A DNA stretch of 64,000 bases from an uncultured delta proteobacterium (GTDB lineage Bacteria > Desulfobacterota > RBG-13-43-22), in NCBI GenBank assembly GCA_963843145.1, contig CAWJJC010000011.1, positions 1-64,000 of the forward strand, written 5' to 3'. How positions within the stretch are numbered: the first letter of the stretch is position 1; the number at the start of each line of letters is the position of its first letter. Below, in pieces: positions 29,948 through 39,692 of this stretch. The position numbers and the translations under genes are program-made. The notes beneath the pieces were generated by a model. It did not search any database and was not told the DNA's origin. It saw only the letters and a list, made by a program, of their open reading frames with translations.

Positions 29948-31159
29948 TCAGGCAACCACCCCCCGGTCTTTAAAACTCCCGATTTCTTCCGGACCGTATC
30001 CCAACCCGGCCAGAATCTCTTCGGTATGCTGCCCCAATCCCGGGGCCGGAAGTCGCCAGGAGGCCGGTGTTTCGCTGAAATCCCAGGGGAAGCCCGGCAT
30101 TTTAACGTCGCCCCATTCGGGGTGGGGGACCTCGATGAAATAGTTGTTGGCCCAGGCCTGGGGGTCTTGGGTCACTTCCAGGGGCGTCTGGATCGGCGTA
30201 AAGATGCAGCCTTCCCGCGCCAGAATATCCATCCATTCCTGCCGGTCCCGGGAGGCGAAGCGATCGTCCAGGAGGGCCACCAGTTCCGCGGCGTTTTCCC
30301 CCCGGGCGGCGATACTGGAGAAGCGGGCGTCTTCCCGAATTTCTTCCAATCCCAGGGCCTGGCAGAGCTTCGGCCAATAGCGGTCGGGGTCCAGGTGGGC
30401 GATGGCCAGCCATTTATCATCCCGGCAGCGGTAGTGGTTGTAGAGCGGGTTGCCGGCCCGGGACCGGACCTGGCGGGGGAATTCCTTGCCCATAATGGCC
30501 GGGGCGGCCAGGACAAAGGCCAGGGCGCCGATCAGGCCGCTCATCAGGGAGGTGTCCACCACCTGTCCCTTGCCGGTCTTTTCCCGGGCGAAGAGCGCTG
30601 CCGTTACCCCCCAGGCACACATCAGACCGCCGATCTCATCGCCGATACCCGGCAGGATCTGGCCCGGCGGTTCTCCCGGTTCCCCGGCCGCCATCATCAA
30701 GCCGCAGCGGGCGATCCCGGTGTAGTCGAAAGAAAAGTCTTCCGCCCCTTCGCCCTTCCGCCCCCAGCCCGAGGCGTGGGCGTAGATCAACCGGGGATTA
30801 CGGGCCAACAGGGCATCCGGCCCGATGCCCATCTTGTCCGGCGCCTGGATACTCATGTTGGTGAGGAAGACGTCCGCGGTGTCGATCAGTCGAAGAAACA
30901 AGTCCCGGCCTTCCGGTTTTTTCAGGTCGATGACGATGCTTTTCTTGTTCCGGTTGCCGTGCTCAAAATAGTAATTGTTCCCCTCCAGCCCGGCCATGGC
31001 CCCGATGATCTTCATAAACCCCCGGCCCGGGTCCCCGCTCGGGGATTCCACCTTGATCACCTCGGCCCCCAGGTCTCCCAACCGCATGCCGGCCACCGGC
31101 CCCTGTTGGAACAGGGTGATTTCCACCACTCGGATTCCGTCCAACGGTCCTTTTTTCAT
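29948..31159 (-). CDS. Class III CoA-transferase (CaiB/BaiF family)
   Basis: PLDGIRVVE, LGDLGAEVIKVE, NRNKKSI, NPRLIY, APGLGQHT. Confidence 0.95.
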   Translation of the reverse strand: MKKGPLDGIRVVEITLFQQGPVAGMRLGDLGAEVIKVESPSGDPGRGFMKIIGAMAGLEGNNYYFEHGNRNKKSIVIDLKKPEGRDLFLRLIDTADVFLTNMSIQAPDKMGIGPDALLARNPRLIYAHASGWGRKGEGAEDFSFDYTGIARCGLMMAAGEPGEPPGQILPGIGDEIGGLMCAWGVTAALFAREKTGKGQVVDTSLMSGLIGALAFVLAAPAIMGKEFPRQVRSRAGNPLYNHYRCRDDKWLAIAHLDPDRYWPKLCQALGLEEIREDARFSSIAARGENAAELVALLDDRFASRDRQEWMDILAREGCIFTPIQTPLEVTQDPQAWANNYFIEVPHPEWGDVKMPGFPWDFSETPASWRLPAPGLGQHTEEILAGLGYGPEEIGSFKDRGVVA

Positions 31160-31323
31160 TTTAACTCCTCCCTATTTTTAATATTTTCCCCTTCGTTCCT
31201 GACCCTCACAGACCAAAACAGGCATAAAGGTTTGTTGTGCGCCGAAGGCGCCAAGGGTTGGGTGGGCGGCAGGTCGCCGCCCACCTGTCCTGTTTGGTCG
31301 GTGGCAAAATAAGTCATTTCCCC

Positions 31324-31367
31324 AAACAAAAAAGGGCCATGGTATTTCCCATGGCCCTTTTTTGTTT
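31324..31367 (-). terminator. Strong intrinsic terminator in the CoA-transferase 5' leader
   Basis: AAACAAAAAAGGGCCATGG-N6-CCATGGCCCTTTTTTGTTT perfect inverted repeat. Confidence 0.8.
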
Positions 31368-31532
31368 ATTCCATGGGCGGCCCCTTTCAGGTCCGCCCGG
31401 CTTCGCTATCGGTTATGTCCGGCAGAAAAGGGCAGACCCGTTCCTAAAGCTAAAAAAGCTAAAGTTAAAAAATCGGATTTGCCCCTGTCCGCTCACTTGG
31501 CTATGTCCTTCCTTTAAGAAAAAACTGGAGAC

Positions 31533-31562
31533 AGTATAATTGAAATAAAATCGGAATGTCAA
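31533..31562 (-). promoter_or_regulatory. Sigma70-like promoter for the CoA-transferase leader
   Basis: Minus strand TTGACA-N18-TATACT. Confidence 0.6.
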
Positions 31563-31665
31563 ATAGAGAATTTAAAAATTGGTTTGATTTAATTTTAACA
31601 TAATGAAATGATTGGCTTGGATAAAATTCAGAAAAGCAACACGCTTGAAGGATGAACCAATAAAA

Positions 31666-32376
31666 ATGGATACGGTCATCATAGCTTGTCGTACTATTGC
31701 CGATGAACTGCGGGTAGCCCTGCGAGAAACCGGGTGTACCTACCCTGTACTATGGATAGAATCGGGACTGCACCTCAGACCCGAATCCTTAAGAACCCGC
31801 CTCCAGGAGGAACTGGATCATATCGGGAATATCAGCCAGGCCCTTCTGGCCTTCGGCTATTGCGGCAATGCCCTGCTCGGGCTCAAGGCCGGAGACTTCC
31901 GGGTCATCTTCCCCCGGGTGGACGATTGCATCACCTTGATGCTGGGTTCCGGTTCCCGCCGCAACGCCATTGGCCGGGAGTGTGGGACCTATTTTCTCAC
32001 CAAAGGGTGGTTGGATTTTGAAAGGAATATCTGGGTGGAATACCAGGAAACGGTCAAGCGCCATGGAAAAGAAAAGGCCGACCGGATATTTAAGGTCATG
32101 CTCCGCCACTATCAACGCTTAGGCGTTATTGACACCGGCGCCTATGACCTGGGCAGCTTTCTTGAACGAGTGCGGAATATCGGCGAGGCTTTGGCGCTAA
32201 AACCCCAGGTGATCCCGGGAACACTGGATTACCTGAAGAAACTCCTTACCGGTCCGTGGGATGAAGATTTCATTATTATCAATCCCGGCGAGACCGTAAC
32301 GGTGGAACATATTTATGGAGGAGCCGCGTCATCCACCCGGGGAATCTCCACCCAGCCGCTTCAGTCCTGCATGTAG
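31666..32376 (+). CDS. DUF1638 domain protein
   Basis: IIAC..E, GLHLRPE.LR..LQE, GYCGN, PRVDDCI, YFLTKGW. Confidence 0.88.
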   Translation: MDTVIIACRTIADELRVALRETGCTYPVLWIESGLHLRPESLRTRLQEELDHIGNISQALLAFGYCGNALLGLKAGDFRVIFPRVDDCITLMLGSGSRRNAIGRECGTYFLTKGWLDFERNIWVEYQETVKRHGKEKADRIFKVMLRHYQRLGVIDTGAYDLGSFLERVRNIGEALALKPQVIPGTLDYLKKLLTGPWDEDFIIINPGETVTVEHIYGGAASSTRGISTQPLQSCM

Positions 32377-32526
32377 GGGACCCACCCTGTGATGGTATCC
32401 CACAATCAATAATAGCGCCCTGGTCCCCGATGGGATTCCACTTTGATTCATTTATAATAAATGTTTTGGACTCTTAAACTCATTTAGGTTATAATGGTCA
32501 TAATGACCTTTTGGAGGAAACGCGCG

Positions 32527-32790
32527 ATGAAACAAGAAACCATCGGAGTGGCCCAGGCCAAGAAAAACTTTTCAGATCTTCTGGGGCAGGTCGCTTACGG
32601 TAAAAAACGGATAGTGATTACCAAAAGAGGAAAGCCGGTGGCCCTTTTATCTCCCCCGGAGTCGGCCGAGCCGATTCCCTTCAAAGTTGGGGGATGGTTG
32701 GACGCGAGCGATCCCTTCTTTGAAGACATCGAAAAGATCGTTCGGGAGAGGCCCCGTCATAAGCCCAGGGTCTCCCAACGGAAAAATTAA
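32527..32790 (+). CDS. Phd/YefM family antitoxin
   Basis: AKKNFSDLL..V..G..IVITKRGKPVA; GGAGG RBS. Confidence 0.92.
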   Translation: MKQETIGVAQAKKNFSDLLGQVAYGKKRIVITKRGKPVALLSPPESAEPIPFKVGGWLDASDPFFEDIEKIVRERPRHKPRVSQRKN

Positions 32791-32795
32791 TCGCC

Positions 32796-33206
32796 GTGTA
32801 CCTCTTGGATACCAATATTTTAAGTGAACTGGTCAAGAAACGCCCCAATCCTTATCTACTGTCCCGGTTGTCGTCTCAACCCACTCAAAACCTCTATACC
32901 TCTACTATCTGCATCATGGAATTGAGATATGGAAGCGCACTGCGGGATGACTTCAAGATTTTCTGGGAGAAGTTGGTAGCCCGGATCGTGTCTCAGATTC
33001 AAGTTATTCCAGTCGGCTTAAAAGAAAGCCTGTTGGCCGGAGATCTCTTGGCCTCTCTTCGAAAGAAGGGACAAGTCATCGGATTGGAGGATGTCCTCAT
33101 TGCGGCTTCCGCCCTTAGTCGAAATTTTATCTTGGTGTCAGCCAATATGCGCCATTTTTCAAAAGTGGAAGCGCTGGTGTGTGAGAATTGGTTAACATTT
33201 TCTTGA
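32796..33206 (+). CDS. vapC: PIN-domain (VapC) toxin
   Basis: YLLDTNILSEL, ELRYG, DVLIAASAL, N.RHF, ENW. Confidence 0.93.
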   Translation: MYLLDTNILSELVKKRPNPYLLSRLSSQPTQNLYTSTICIMELRYGSALRDDFKIFWEKLVARIVSQIQVIPVGLKESLLAGDLLASLRKKGQVIGLEDVLIAASALSRNFILVSANMRHFSKVEALVCENWLTFS

Positions 33207-33250
33207 ATTAGGGTAAGGTAGTCAGGAAAAACCCTGGTTCTCAGTTGGGG

Positions 33251-33287
33251 CCCTGTAGGGGCGGGTTTAATCCCCGACCCTACAGGG
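33251..33287. repeat. GTAG/CTAC REP-like hairpin between convergent genes
   Basis: CCCTGTAGGG..CGGG-loop-CCCG..CCCTACAGGG. Confidence 0.65.
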
Positions 33288-33341
33288 TAGTTTTATGTTT
33301 CGAGGCGCCCCTCTGGGGCGGGGGGGGGGTTTAATAACCGC

Positions 33342-34583
33342 CTAATAAATATGGCGGGCGGGCCAGAGGCCCAACTTTACCTGTTTCCCGCCTTGAATCT
33401 GATCAAGGCGTACGTTTCCAACGCCCTCCACTTGACCCGGCCCAAAAGTCAGCGGTGTACTGGTCAAACCTCCGGTGTCGAAGTTCTTGATCTGAAAAAA
33501 ACCGTTATTGAGTACGTCAACGGGTTTGAGTTTCTCAAGAGGGGTTTTTTGCAGGGCCAGCCTTAAGGCCTCCACCTGGGTCATAACTTCAACCAATCCC
33601 TGCATATACATAGTGTGACGCGGCTTATTGGATTGATATTTCTTCTGTAAATCGAGGGCGAACTTTACGCCGGGCAAATCCTCCGACCAGGAGGGGAAGC
33701 TTCCACCGATCACCACGCCGTCCCCCAGCTTGCCCATGTCTTTACTAAAGGTATTTATATTGCAGGGAAAAGCGAAAGCAAAGGTAATCTTGTGGCCCAG
33801 ATGGGGGCCCATATCCAGACGTACCGCCTCCTTTATTGTCGGCTGTGCGCCGGGGTTAACCATGGCCCCGAGGGTCAGGTCCACCTGGTTGGCCCTGAGC
33901 CACATCAATTGGGTGGTCGGCGGCGAGGTGGCCACGATCGGCACATACTGGATGCCGACAAAGTCGTAACCAGTTTTTTTGAGATAGGCTTCCAACTGGG
34001 GTATCTCGATCGACTTCCCAAAGGAATTATCCGCGGTCAAGTAAGCCACCCTAGGCTTCCTCTTTTCCTTCCAATGCTCTTTGAACCAGTCGGCCACGGC
34101 CGCCATCTCATCCGTATAAAGTGGGATATGGAGAAAGCTGGTCTGCGGTGGTGTTAAAAGATAGGACCCGATCGCCATACCGGTGGCCCCCATACGGTCC
34201 TGATTCAGTCTGTCCTTCAGGGCCAGGGCTATGGGCGTTCCGGATAAGCGGTAGACCAGGATCCCCTTGGCCTTAAGCTCTTCATAGATCGAGAGCGCCT
34301 TGGACGGCTTCAGTTCGTCGTCCCGCCAGAGCAGCTCGATGGATGCATCGGCCGGCCATTTTTCCTTTCGCCAGGGGGCCAGGTTTTTGGTCTCGTTTAC
34401 ATATTTGACATAATCCTCAAAGGCCGCCAGCACGCCGGCCGAATCATCCGCATAGGGACCGGTCAGCGCAACGGTGCCGCCGACATAAACCGTTTTCGCG
34501 GCTGAAGTTGCGGCCGGAAAGAGTGACCAGCCCACCAGCAGAATTATCATGAAACCTAGAAATGCCCATCCACTTTTAGCCAT
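33342..34583 (-). CDS. LIV-type ABC transporter substrate-binding protein
   Basis: Signal peptide, LTGPYA, DNSFGK; lies at the end of the operon with LIV genes. Confidence 0.9.
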   Translation of the reverse strand: MAKSGWAFLGFMIILLVGWSLFPAATSAAKTVYVGGTVALTGPYADDSAGVLAAFEDYVKYVNETKNLAPWRKEKWPADASIELLWRDDELKPSKALSIYEELKAKGILVYRLSGTPIALALKDRLNQDRMGATGMAIGSYLLTPPQTSFLHIPLYTDEMAAVADWFKEHWKEKRKPRVAYLTADNSFGKSIEIPQLEAYLKKTGYDFVGIQYVPIVATSPPTTQLMWLRANQVDLTLGAMVNPGAQPTIKEAVRLDMGPHLGHKITFAFAFPCNINTFSKDMGKLGDGVVIGGSFPSWSEDLPGVKFALDLQKKYQSNKPRHTMYMQGLVEVMTQVEALRLALQKTPLEKLKPVDVLNNGFFQIKNFDTGGLTSTPLTFGPGQVEGVGNVRLDQIQGGKQVKLGLWPARHIY

Positions 34584-34712
34584 TTGCCCTCCTTCTTCCT
34601 GATTGATTTAGTTACGCTGAACAGCTATTCTTCCGCCTTCCTGTGGGACCCTTACTCATCACCCCTTTCCCTGGTCGATTCACGGGCAATTCTTCAATCT
34701 ACCGTTAAGAAT

Positions 34713-35858
34713 TTAAAGACCCATTTGCCGGGCCGCCACGATCCGCATGATGTCGCTGGTCCCTCCGCCGATCATGGGAAAATAGGAGTCCCGGAGATAG
34801 CGCTGGATCGGAAACTCGGTCATCAGGCCGTAGCCGCCGAAGATATTCACGGCCTTCTGACAGATCAGGTTGACCCCGTCGGCGGCGATGATCTTGGCCA
34901 TCGCCGCCTCGCGGGTGATGGGTTCACCTCGGTCGGCCATGGCCGCTGCGTGGTAGACATAAAGCTGGGCCTGCTCCAGGATGGTCAGCATGTCCACCAG
35001 CTTGAATTGCACGCCCTGGAATTTGCCGATGGGTTGTCCGAACTGCTCGCGCTCCCGGGCGTACTTGAAAGCCGCTTCATAGGCGGCCCGCCCGATGCCG
35101 AGGGCCTGGGCGGCCGTGAAGATTCGATCAACGGTTAGGGACAGGTAGGCATTCATAAAACCCTGGTTCTCATCACCCAGGCGATATTCCAAGGGCACCT
35201 GAACATCCTCAAAAACCAGTTCATTGGTGTCGGCGCAGTGGGTAGTAAACTTGTCCAACTTGCGGGCCACGGTGAAACCAGGTATCTTGGTGTCCACCAA
35301 AAACAGAGAGATCCCCTTGAGCCCCTTGGCGGGATCGGTCTTGGCGGCCACGGTGACGAAATCAGCGAAGGTACCATTGCTGATAAATATCTTGCTGCCA
35401 TTGAGCACATAGTGATCGCCCCGGCGTTCGGCCCTGGTCCGGATGGATGCCGCGTCGGAACCGGAGTTGGGCTCTGTAATGGCGAAGGCCCCTACCATCT
35501 CCCCTTTGATGGCCGGCACCAGGTATTTCTGTTTCAACTCCTCGCTTCCCCATTGGTAAATGGTGTGGGTGGCCGTAGAGGCATGCATGCACACCGGGGT
35601 GGAAAGACCCATTGAGCCCCGGGACAGCTCCTCGAGAAAAATCGTGTAATAAACATTCGGACTGTCCAGACCGCTGCCGCCGTACTCCTCCGGATAGTGG
35701 ATGCCAAAATAGCCCAATTCCCCCAGCTCGCGGAAAAGTTCCCGGGGAAATTCATTGCGGCGGTCCAGCTCATCGGCCACCGGCACCAAGCGCTCGTCCA
35801 CCCAGCGGGCGATATGCGTGCGGAATTCAATTTGATCTTTGCTAAACGGGAATTGCAT
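34713..35858 (-). CDS. Acyl-CoA dehydrogenase
   Basis: FAITEPNSGSD, GSKIFISNG, REQFGQPI, FGGYG, IGGGTSDI. Confidence 0.95.
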   Translation of the reverse strand: MQFPFSKDQIEFRTHIARWVDERLVPVADELDRRNEFPRELFRELGELGYFGIHYPEEYGGSGLDSPNVYYTIFLEELSRGSMGLSTPVCMHASTATHTIYQWGSEELKQKYLVPAIKGEMVGAFAITEPNSGSDAASIRTRAERRGDHYVLNGSKIFISNGTFADFVTVAAKTDPAKGLKGISLFLVDTKIPGFTVARKLDKFTTHCADTNELVFEDVQVPLEYRLGDENQGFMNAYLSLTVDRIFTAAQALGIGRAAYEAAFKYAREREQFGQPIGKFQGVQFKLVDMLTILEQAQLYVYHAAAMADRGEPITREAAMAKIIAADGVNLICQKAVNIFGGYGLMTEFPIQRYLRDSYFPMIGGGTSDIMRIVAARQMGL

Positions 35859-35895
35859 GTTAGGTTTTTCCTTTCTCCAGATCCGTTATAGGAGA

Positions 35896-36174
35896 CTATC
35901 CGCCCCCCAGAAGAATTAATGATATAGTCACTTGGTCTCCTTCATTCAATTCGGTATTTAGACCTTGCGCTAGGGAATAGTACGGTACGTTGTTTAAACG
36001 GACCTCAAAAAGGTCCTCCAAGGCCAGTTCCCCGGTCTCGGGTTTTTTGATCTGGTCGGCAAAGTGTGATTGGCCCAAAAGATTGGCGAGCAGATCATTA
36101 AGGGACCCGGAACCCATCTCAACCTCCGAGGGTATTTCCGGAATATGTATGGTGGTTTTTATGGAGATTTTCAA
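35896..36174 (-). CDS. MoaD/ThiS-like ubiquitin-fold protein
   Basis: 92 aa, L.EGD.V motif, C-terminal GG. Confidence 0.8.
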   Translation of the reverse strand: MKISIKTTIHIPEIPSEVEMGSGSLNDLLANLLGQSHFADQIKKPETGELALEDLFEVRLNNVPYYSLAQGLNTELNEGDQVTISLILLGGG

Positions 36175-36233
36175 TTCTGCTTCTCCAGAGGGTACTTAAC
36201 TTTTGCTTCTAATGGCAATTTTAAGATCCGGCC

Positions 36234-36944
36234 TCAGGTCCCGAGGTAGGACTGTTTGACTTTTTCATTACCCATCAGGCTGTCCCGCGTGCCGGTCAAG
36301 ATCACTTCCCCATGTTCGAGCACATATCCGCGGTCGGCGATCCGCAGGGATTCGGCGGCGTTTTGCTCGACCAGCAGGATAGCGGTACCGCGCCCCCGGA
36401 TACGGGCCAAGGCATCCATGATGTTCATCACCATCAGCGGCGCCAGGCCCAACGATGGTTCATCGAGCATGAGCAGCTTGGGCCCGGACATCAGGGCCCG
36501 GCCGATGGCCACCATCTGCTGCTCGCCTCCTGAAAGCGTTCCGGCCGCCTGCTTTCTCCTTTCTTTCAGCCGGGGGAACAGATCGTAGACCTCTGCTTGC
36601 AGCTTTTCCACCAGACGGCGATCTTTCCGGCGGCAATAGGCCCCCAATTCCAGATTTTTCTGAACCGGCATCTCCGGGAAAAGCATTTTTCCCTCGGGGC
36701 AGTGGGAAATACCTCTTTTAACCATAACATCAGGGGTGACCCTATCCACTGCTTGCCCATTGTAGCGGATCTGCCCGGAGACCGGCGCGACCAGCCCCGA
36801 TATGGTCCTTAATAGGGTGGTTTTCCCTGCCCCGTTGGCCCCCAGGAGCGTCACCACCTCCCCGGAGTCCACTTCCAGGGAAACGTTCCGTAAGGCTTCA
36901 AAGGCCCCGTAGATGGTACGGATTCCCTTAAGTTCAAGCAACAT
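36234..36944 (-). CDS. livF: LIV-type ABC ATPase
   Basis: GANGAGKT, LSGGEQQM, LDEPSLGLAP, VEQN. Confidence 0.93.
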   Translation of the reverse strand: MLLELKGIRTIYGAFEALRNVSLEVDSGEVVTLLGANGAGKTTLLRTISGLVAPVSGQIRYNGQAVDRVTPDVMVKRGISHCPEGKMLFPEMPVQKNLELGAYCRRKDRRLVEKLQAEVYDLFPRLKERRKQAAGTLSGGEQQMVAIGRALMSGPKLLMLDEPSLGLAPLMVMNIMDALARIRGRGTAILLVEQNAAESLRIADRGYVLEHGEVILTGTRDSLMGNEKVKQSYLGT

Positions 36945-37701
36945 GTCGGGCCCCCAGGTAGGCCTTGATCACCTCACCATTAGAGGCAATTTCTGCGGAG
37001 GTACCTTCGGCGATATTCATACCATAATTCAGTACGATGATGCGGTCGGAAATGCGCATGACCAAGCGCATCTTATGTTCGATGAGGCAAAGGGTTATGC
37101 CGGCCTTTCGGATATTTTTCATCAGATCAATCAATCCTCCGATCTCTTCCAAGTTGACGCCGCCGGTCGGTTCGTCCAGCAACAGGAGTTTCGGATCGGA
37201 GGCTAGGGCCATGGCAATAGACAGCCTCTTCTGGGCCTCCTCGGTCAGGCCACCGGCTGAGACTTTTTCTTTATCCGAGAGCCCTACAAAGGAGAGGACC
37301 TCTCGGGCCTTTTCCTTCACCCGGCGTTCTTCCTGTCGGGCGGCAGCGGTCCTGAACAGAGTGCCCCAGACCCCTGTTTTCAAATGAAGGGACTGGCCGA
37401 TAATGACGTTATCCAACACCGTCTCCTCACTGAATACGGTGGTTCGCTGAAAGGTGCGTCCGAGACCTTGACGGGCCGCCTGGTGGGGCTTGCAACCGGT
37501 GATCTCCCGGCCGTTAAAGATGATTTTCCCCGAGGTTGGCCGGTATATCCCCGTCAGCAGATTAAAAAGTGTGGTCTTCCCGGCGCCGTTAGGTCCGATG
37601 ATGCTGATTATCTCGGCGGGTTTAACGGAAAAGGTAAGCCCGGTTATCGCCATCAGGCCACCGAATCGCTTGCTCAAATCTGAAACCTGAAGGATGGCCA
37701 T
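36934..37701 (-). CDS. livG: LIV-type ABC ATPase
   Basis: FGGL, GPNGAGKTT, RTFQ, LDEP, IEH, AYLG. Confidence 0.93.
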   Translation of the reverse strand: MAILQVSDLSKRFGGLMAITGLTFSVKPAEIISIIGPNGAGKTTLFNLLTGIYRPTSGKIIFNGREITGCKPHQAARQGLGRTFQRTTVFSEETVLDNVIIGQSLHLKTGVWGTLFRTAAARQEERRVKEKAREVLSFVGLSDKEKVSAGGLTEEAQKRLSIAMALASDPKLLLLDEPTGGVNLEEIGGLIDLMKNIRKAGITLCLIEHKMRLVMRISDRIIVLNYGMNIAEGTSAEIASNGEVIKAYLGARHVA

Positions 37702-37702
37702 A

Positions 37703-38686
37703 TCAGTGCACCATCAATTGCCGATATTTTTTTCGTTTGGAGAAAAGGGTTTTCAACCCCACCACCAGGCCACCAGGAAGAAAAACGACAAAGAGCAACA
37801 GCACCATGCCGTTGATCAAGGTCTTCAGGTAGGGGATGATCTGGAGCACCTCCGGTATGGCCGTCAGCATAAGCGTGCCGATAATGGGTCCGGCCACGGT
37901 GCCGGCTCCACCGACAATCACATAGGTTAGGACATCCATTCCTCTGGAAAAGTGAGCCAGGTCGGGACTGATGACCACGTTGTAGGAGGCATATAGGGCG
38001 CCGGCTACCCCGCCAAAGACTGCACTGATCGTAAAACTTAAGAGTTTTCTTTTCATGGTATCCACGCCCAGAGTCTCCGTCAGGTTCTCATCCTGGGCAA
38101 TGGCGATAAAAGTCATTCCAAGCAAGGAGTGCACCAGCCGGTAACCAGCGAAGGTAATGAGTAACAGAAAAAAGAGGACAAAGTAATACATGCTGAGCAA
38201 GGAGTCGAAACGCAGCTCTCCCCCCCAAGGCAGGGGCAGGGGATTCGGTCTGGGCATACCGGCCATTCCGTTGGCGCCACCGGTAAGGTTGACCCAAGCC
38301 AGGATGACAACGCCGAGAATAGCGGCAAACCCGAGGGTAACCAGGGCAAAGTAGGGGCCCCTCAGTTTGAGGGCCGGGATGCCGATAAGGAACCCCAGCA
38401 GACCGCTCAGGGCTGCGGCTCCTATAAAAGACGGCCAGAAGCCAAAATGCAGCTTTATGGCCAGTAGTCCAAAGGCATAGGCTCCAGCCCCTAAAAAGGC
38501 CGAATGGCCCAGGGAAAGCTGGCCGGTATAGCCGAACAACAGGTTCAGGCTGGTACTCATGATGGACCAGATACAGACGAGTACCAGTAAGCTGGTCAGA
38601 TATTCACCGACAAACAGCGGGACCAGAATGGCCGCCAACAATACCAAGAGCCAGGCCATCTGTTTATTGAACAGGATTCTCTTCAA
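37703..38686 (-). CDS. livM: LIV-type ABC permease
   Basis: GYTGQLSLGH, LRGPYFALVTL, TGGANG. Confidence 0.93.
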   Translation of the reverse strand: MKRILFNKQMAWLLVLLAAILVPLFVGEYLTSLLVLVCIWSIMSTSLNLLFGYTGQLSLGHSAFLGAGAYAFGLLAIKLHFGFWPSFIGAAALSGLLGFLIGIPALKLRGPYFALVTLGFAAILGVVILAWVNLTGGANGMAGMPRPNPLPLPWGGELRFDSLLSMYYFVLFFLLLITFAGYRLVHSLLGMTFIAIAQDENLTETLGVDTMKRKLLSFTISAVFGGVAGALYASYNVVISPDLAHFSRGMDVLTYVIVGGAGTVAGPIIGTLMLTAIPEVLQIIPYLKTLINGMVLLLFVVFLPGGLVVGLKTLFSKRKKYRQLMVH

Positions 38687-39561
38687 GGTCTCCAGACCTC
38701 CTTGCCCATTAACCCCTTCGGACGGAAGAGAAGGGTCAAAATCATAATCCCGAAGACAAAGGTAAGGCTGTAAGTAGCGCTGATATATCCAGAAACCAGG
38801 CTCTCCACGAGTCCTAAGATCATGGCCCCGAGCACCGCTCCGGCAATGCTCCCCAACCCTCCGAAGATAATGGCCGAGAAGGCGACCAGCAGAGGTCCCA
38901 TCCCCATGGTGGGCGTGAGCAGCACGGTGGGGCCGATGAGCACCCCGGCAATGCCGGCCAGAGCGGTACCCACCACAAAGGCCATGGCCGAAATAAAGGT
39001 CACCCGTATACCACAGAGCAAGGCACCTTCCCTATGCTGGGCGGTTGCTTCCAAAGCGGCCCCCAGCGCTGTTTTTTTAATGAAAAACTGAAGGCCGGCC
39101 ATCACTATGAGCGTTCCTGCAATGACGATGAGTCGCTGAAGAGGCAAGGCCAGACCTCCCAGAACGATAACCCGTTTGGTTGATGGGACGATAAACCATT
39201 TGGTCTCCGTTCCGAACAGATAAAGGGCTGCCCCTTCGAGGATCATCAAAAGGGCCATGGCCGCCACAAAGAGGTTCACCTCCGGGGCTTTTCGAATGGG
39301 ATAGAAGACCAGGAAGTAAACCAGAAAGCCTATAATCCCCAAAGCAAAGGTGGTCAGGACGAGTGCCAGCCAGTAGTCGATCAAAAAGGAGATAACCAGA
39401 TAGAATCCAATATAGGCCGCCACCATGTAAAGGTGTCCCTGGGCAAAATTGGGGACGTTGAGTATCCCAAAAATGATCGTCAGCCCCGAAGCCAGCAGGA
39501 CATAAATACATCCTTGTGACAGGCCATTCAACAAGTACTGGGCAAATTCGACCATGGGCAC
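38683..39561 (-). CDS. livH: LIV-type ABC permease
   Basis: GLTIIFG..NFAQG, GGLGSI.GA, RPKGL. Confidence 0.93.
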   Translation of the reverse strand: MPMVEFAQYLLNGLSQGCIYVLLASGLTIIFGILNVPNFAQGHLYMVAAYIGFYLVISFLIDYWLALVLTTFALGIIGFLVYFLVFYPIRKAPEVNLFVAAMALLMILEGAALYLFGTETKWFIVPSTKRVIVLGGLALPLQRLIVIAGTLIVMAGLQFFIKKTALGAALEATAQHREGALLCGIRVTFISAMAFVVGTALAGIAGVLIGPTVLLTPTMGMGPLLVAFSAIIFGGLGSIAGAVLGAMILGLVESLVSGYISATYSLTFVFGIMILTLLFRPKGLMGKEVWRP

Positions 39562-39692
39562 CCCTTTTCCTTGATCAGACGCTTAGGCAATCACTATGAA
39601 CATTTAACCTCACTAGGTTCAAGCGGAGCAATGGAGGCCTGGTTATTTGAATGGGCAATCCATCGCTCCAGTACTCCAATTTATTTTTCGGG

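Noticed and set aside
30026-31312. 428-aa plus-strand ORF and similar long antisense ORFs (44148, 47711, 52864, 54168, 55898, 349, 8884)
   Set aside because: Shadow frames opposite well-supported genes in GC-rich DNA, with no recognisable motifs
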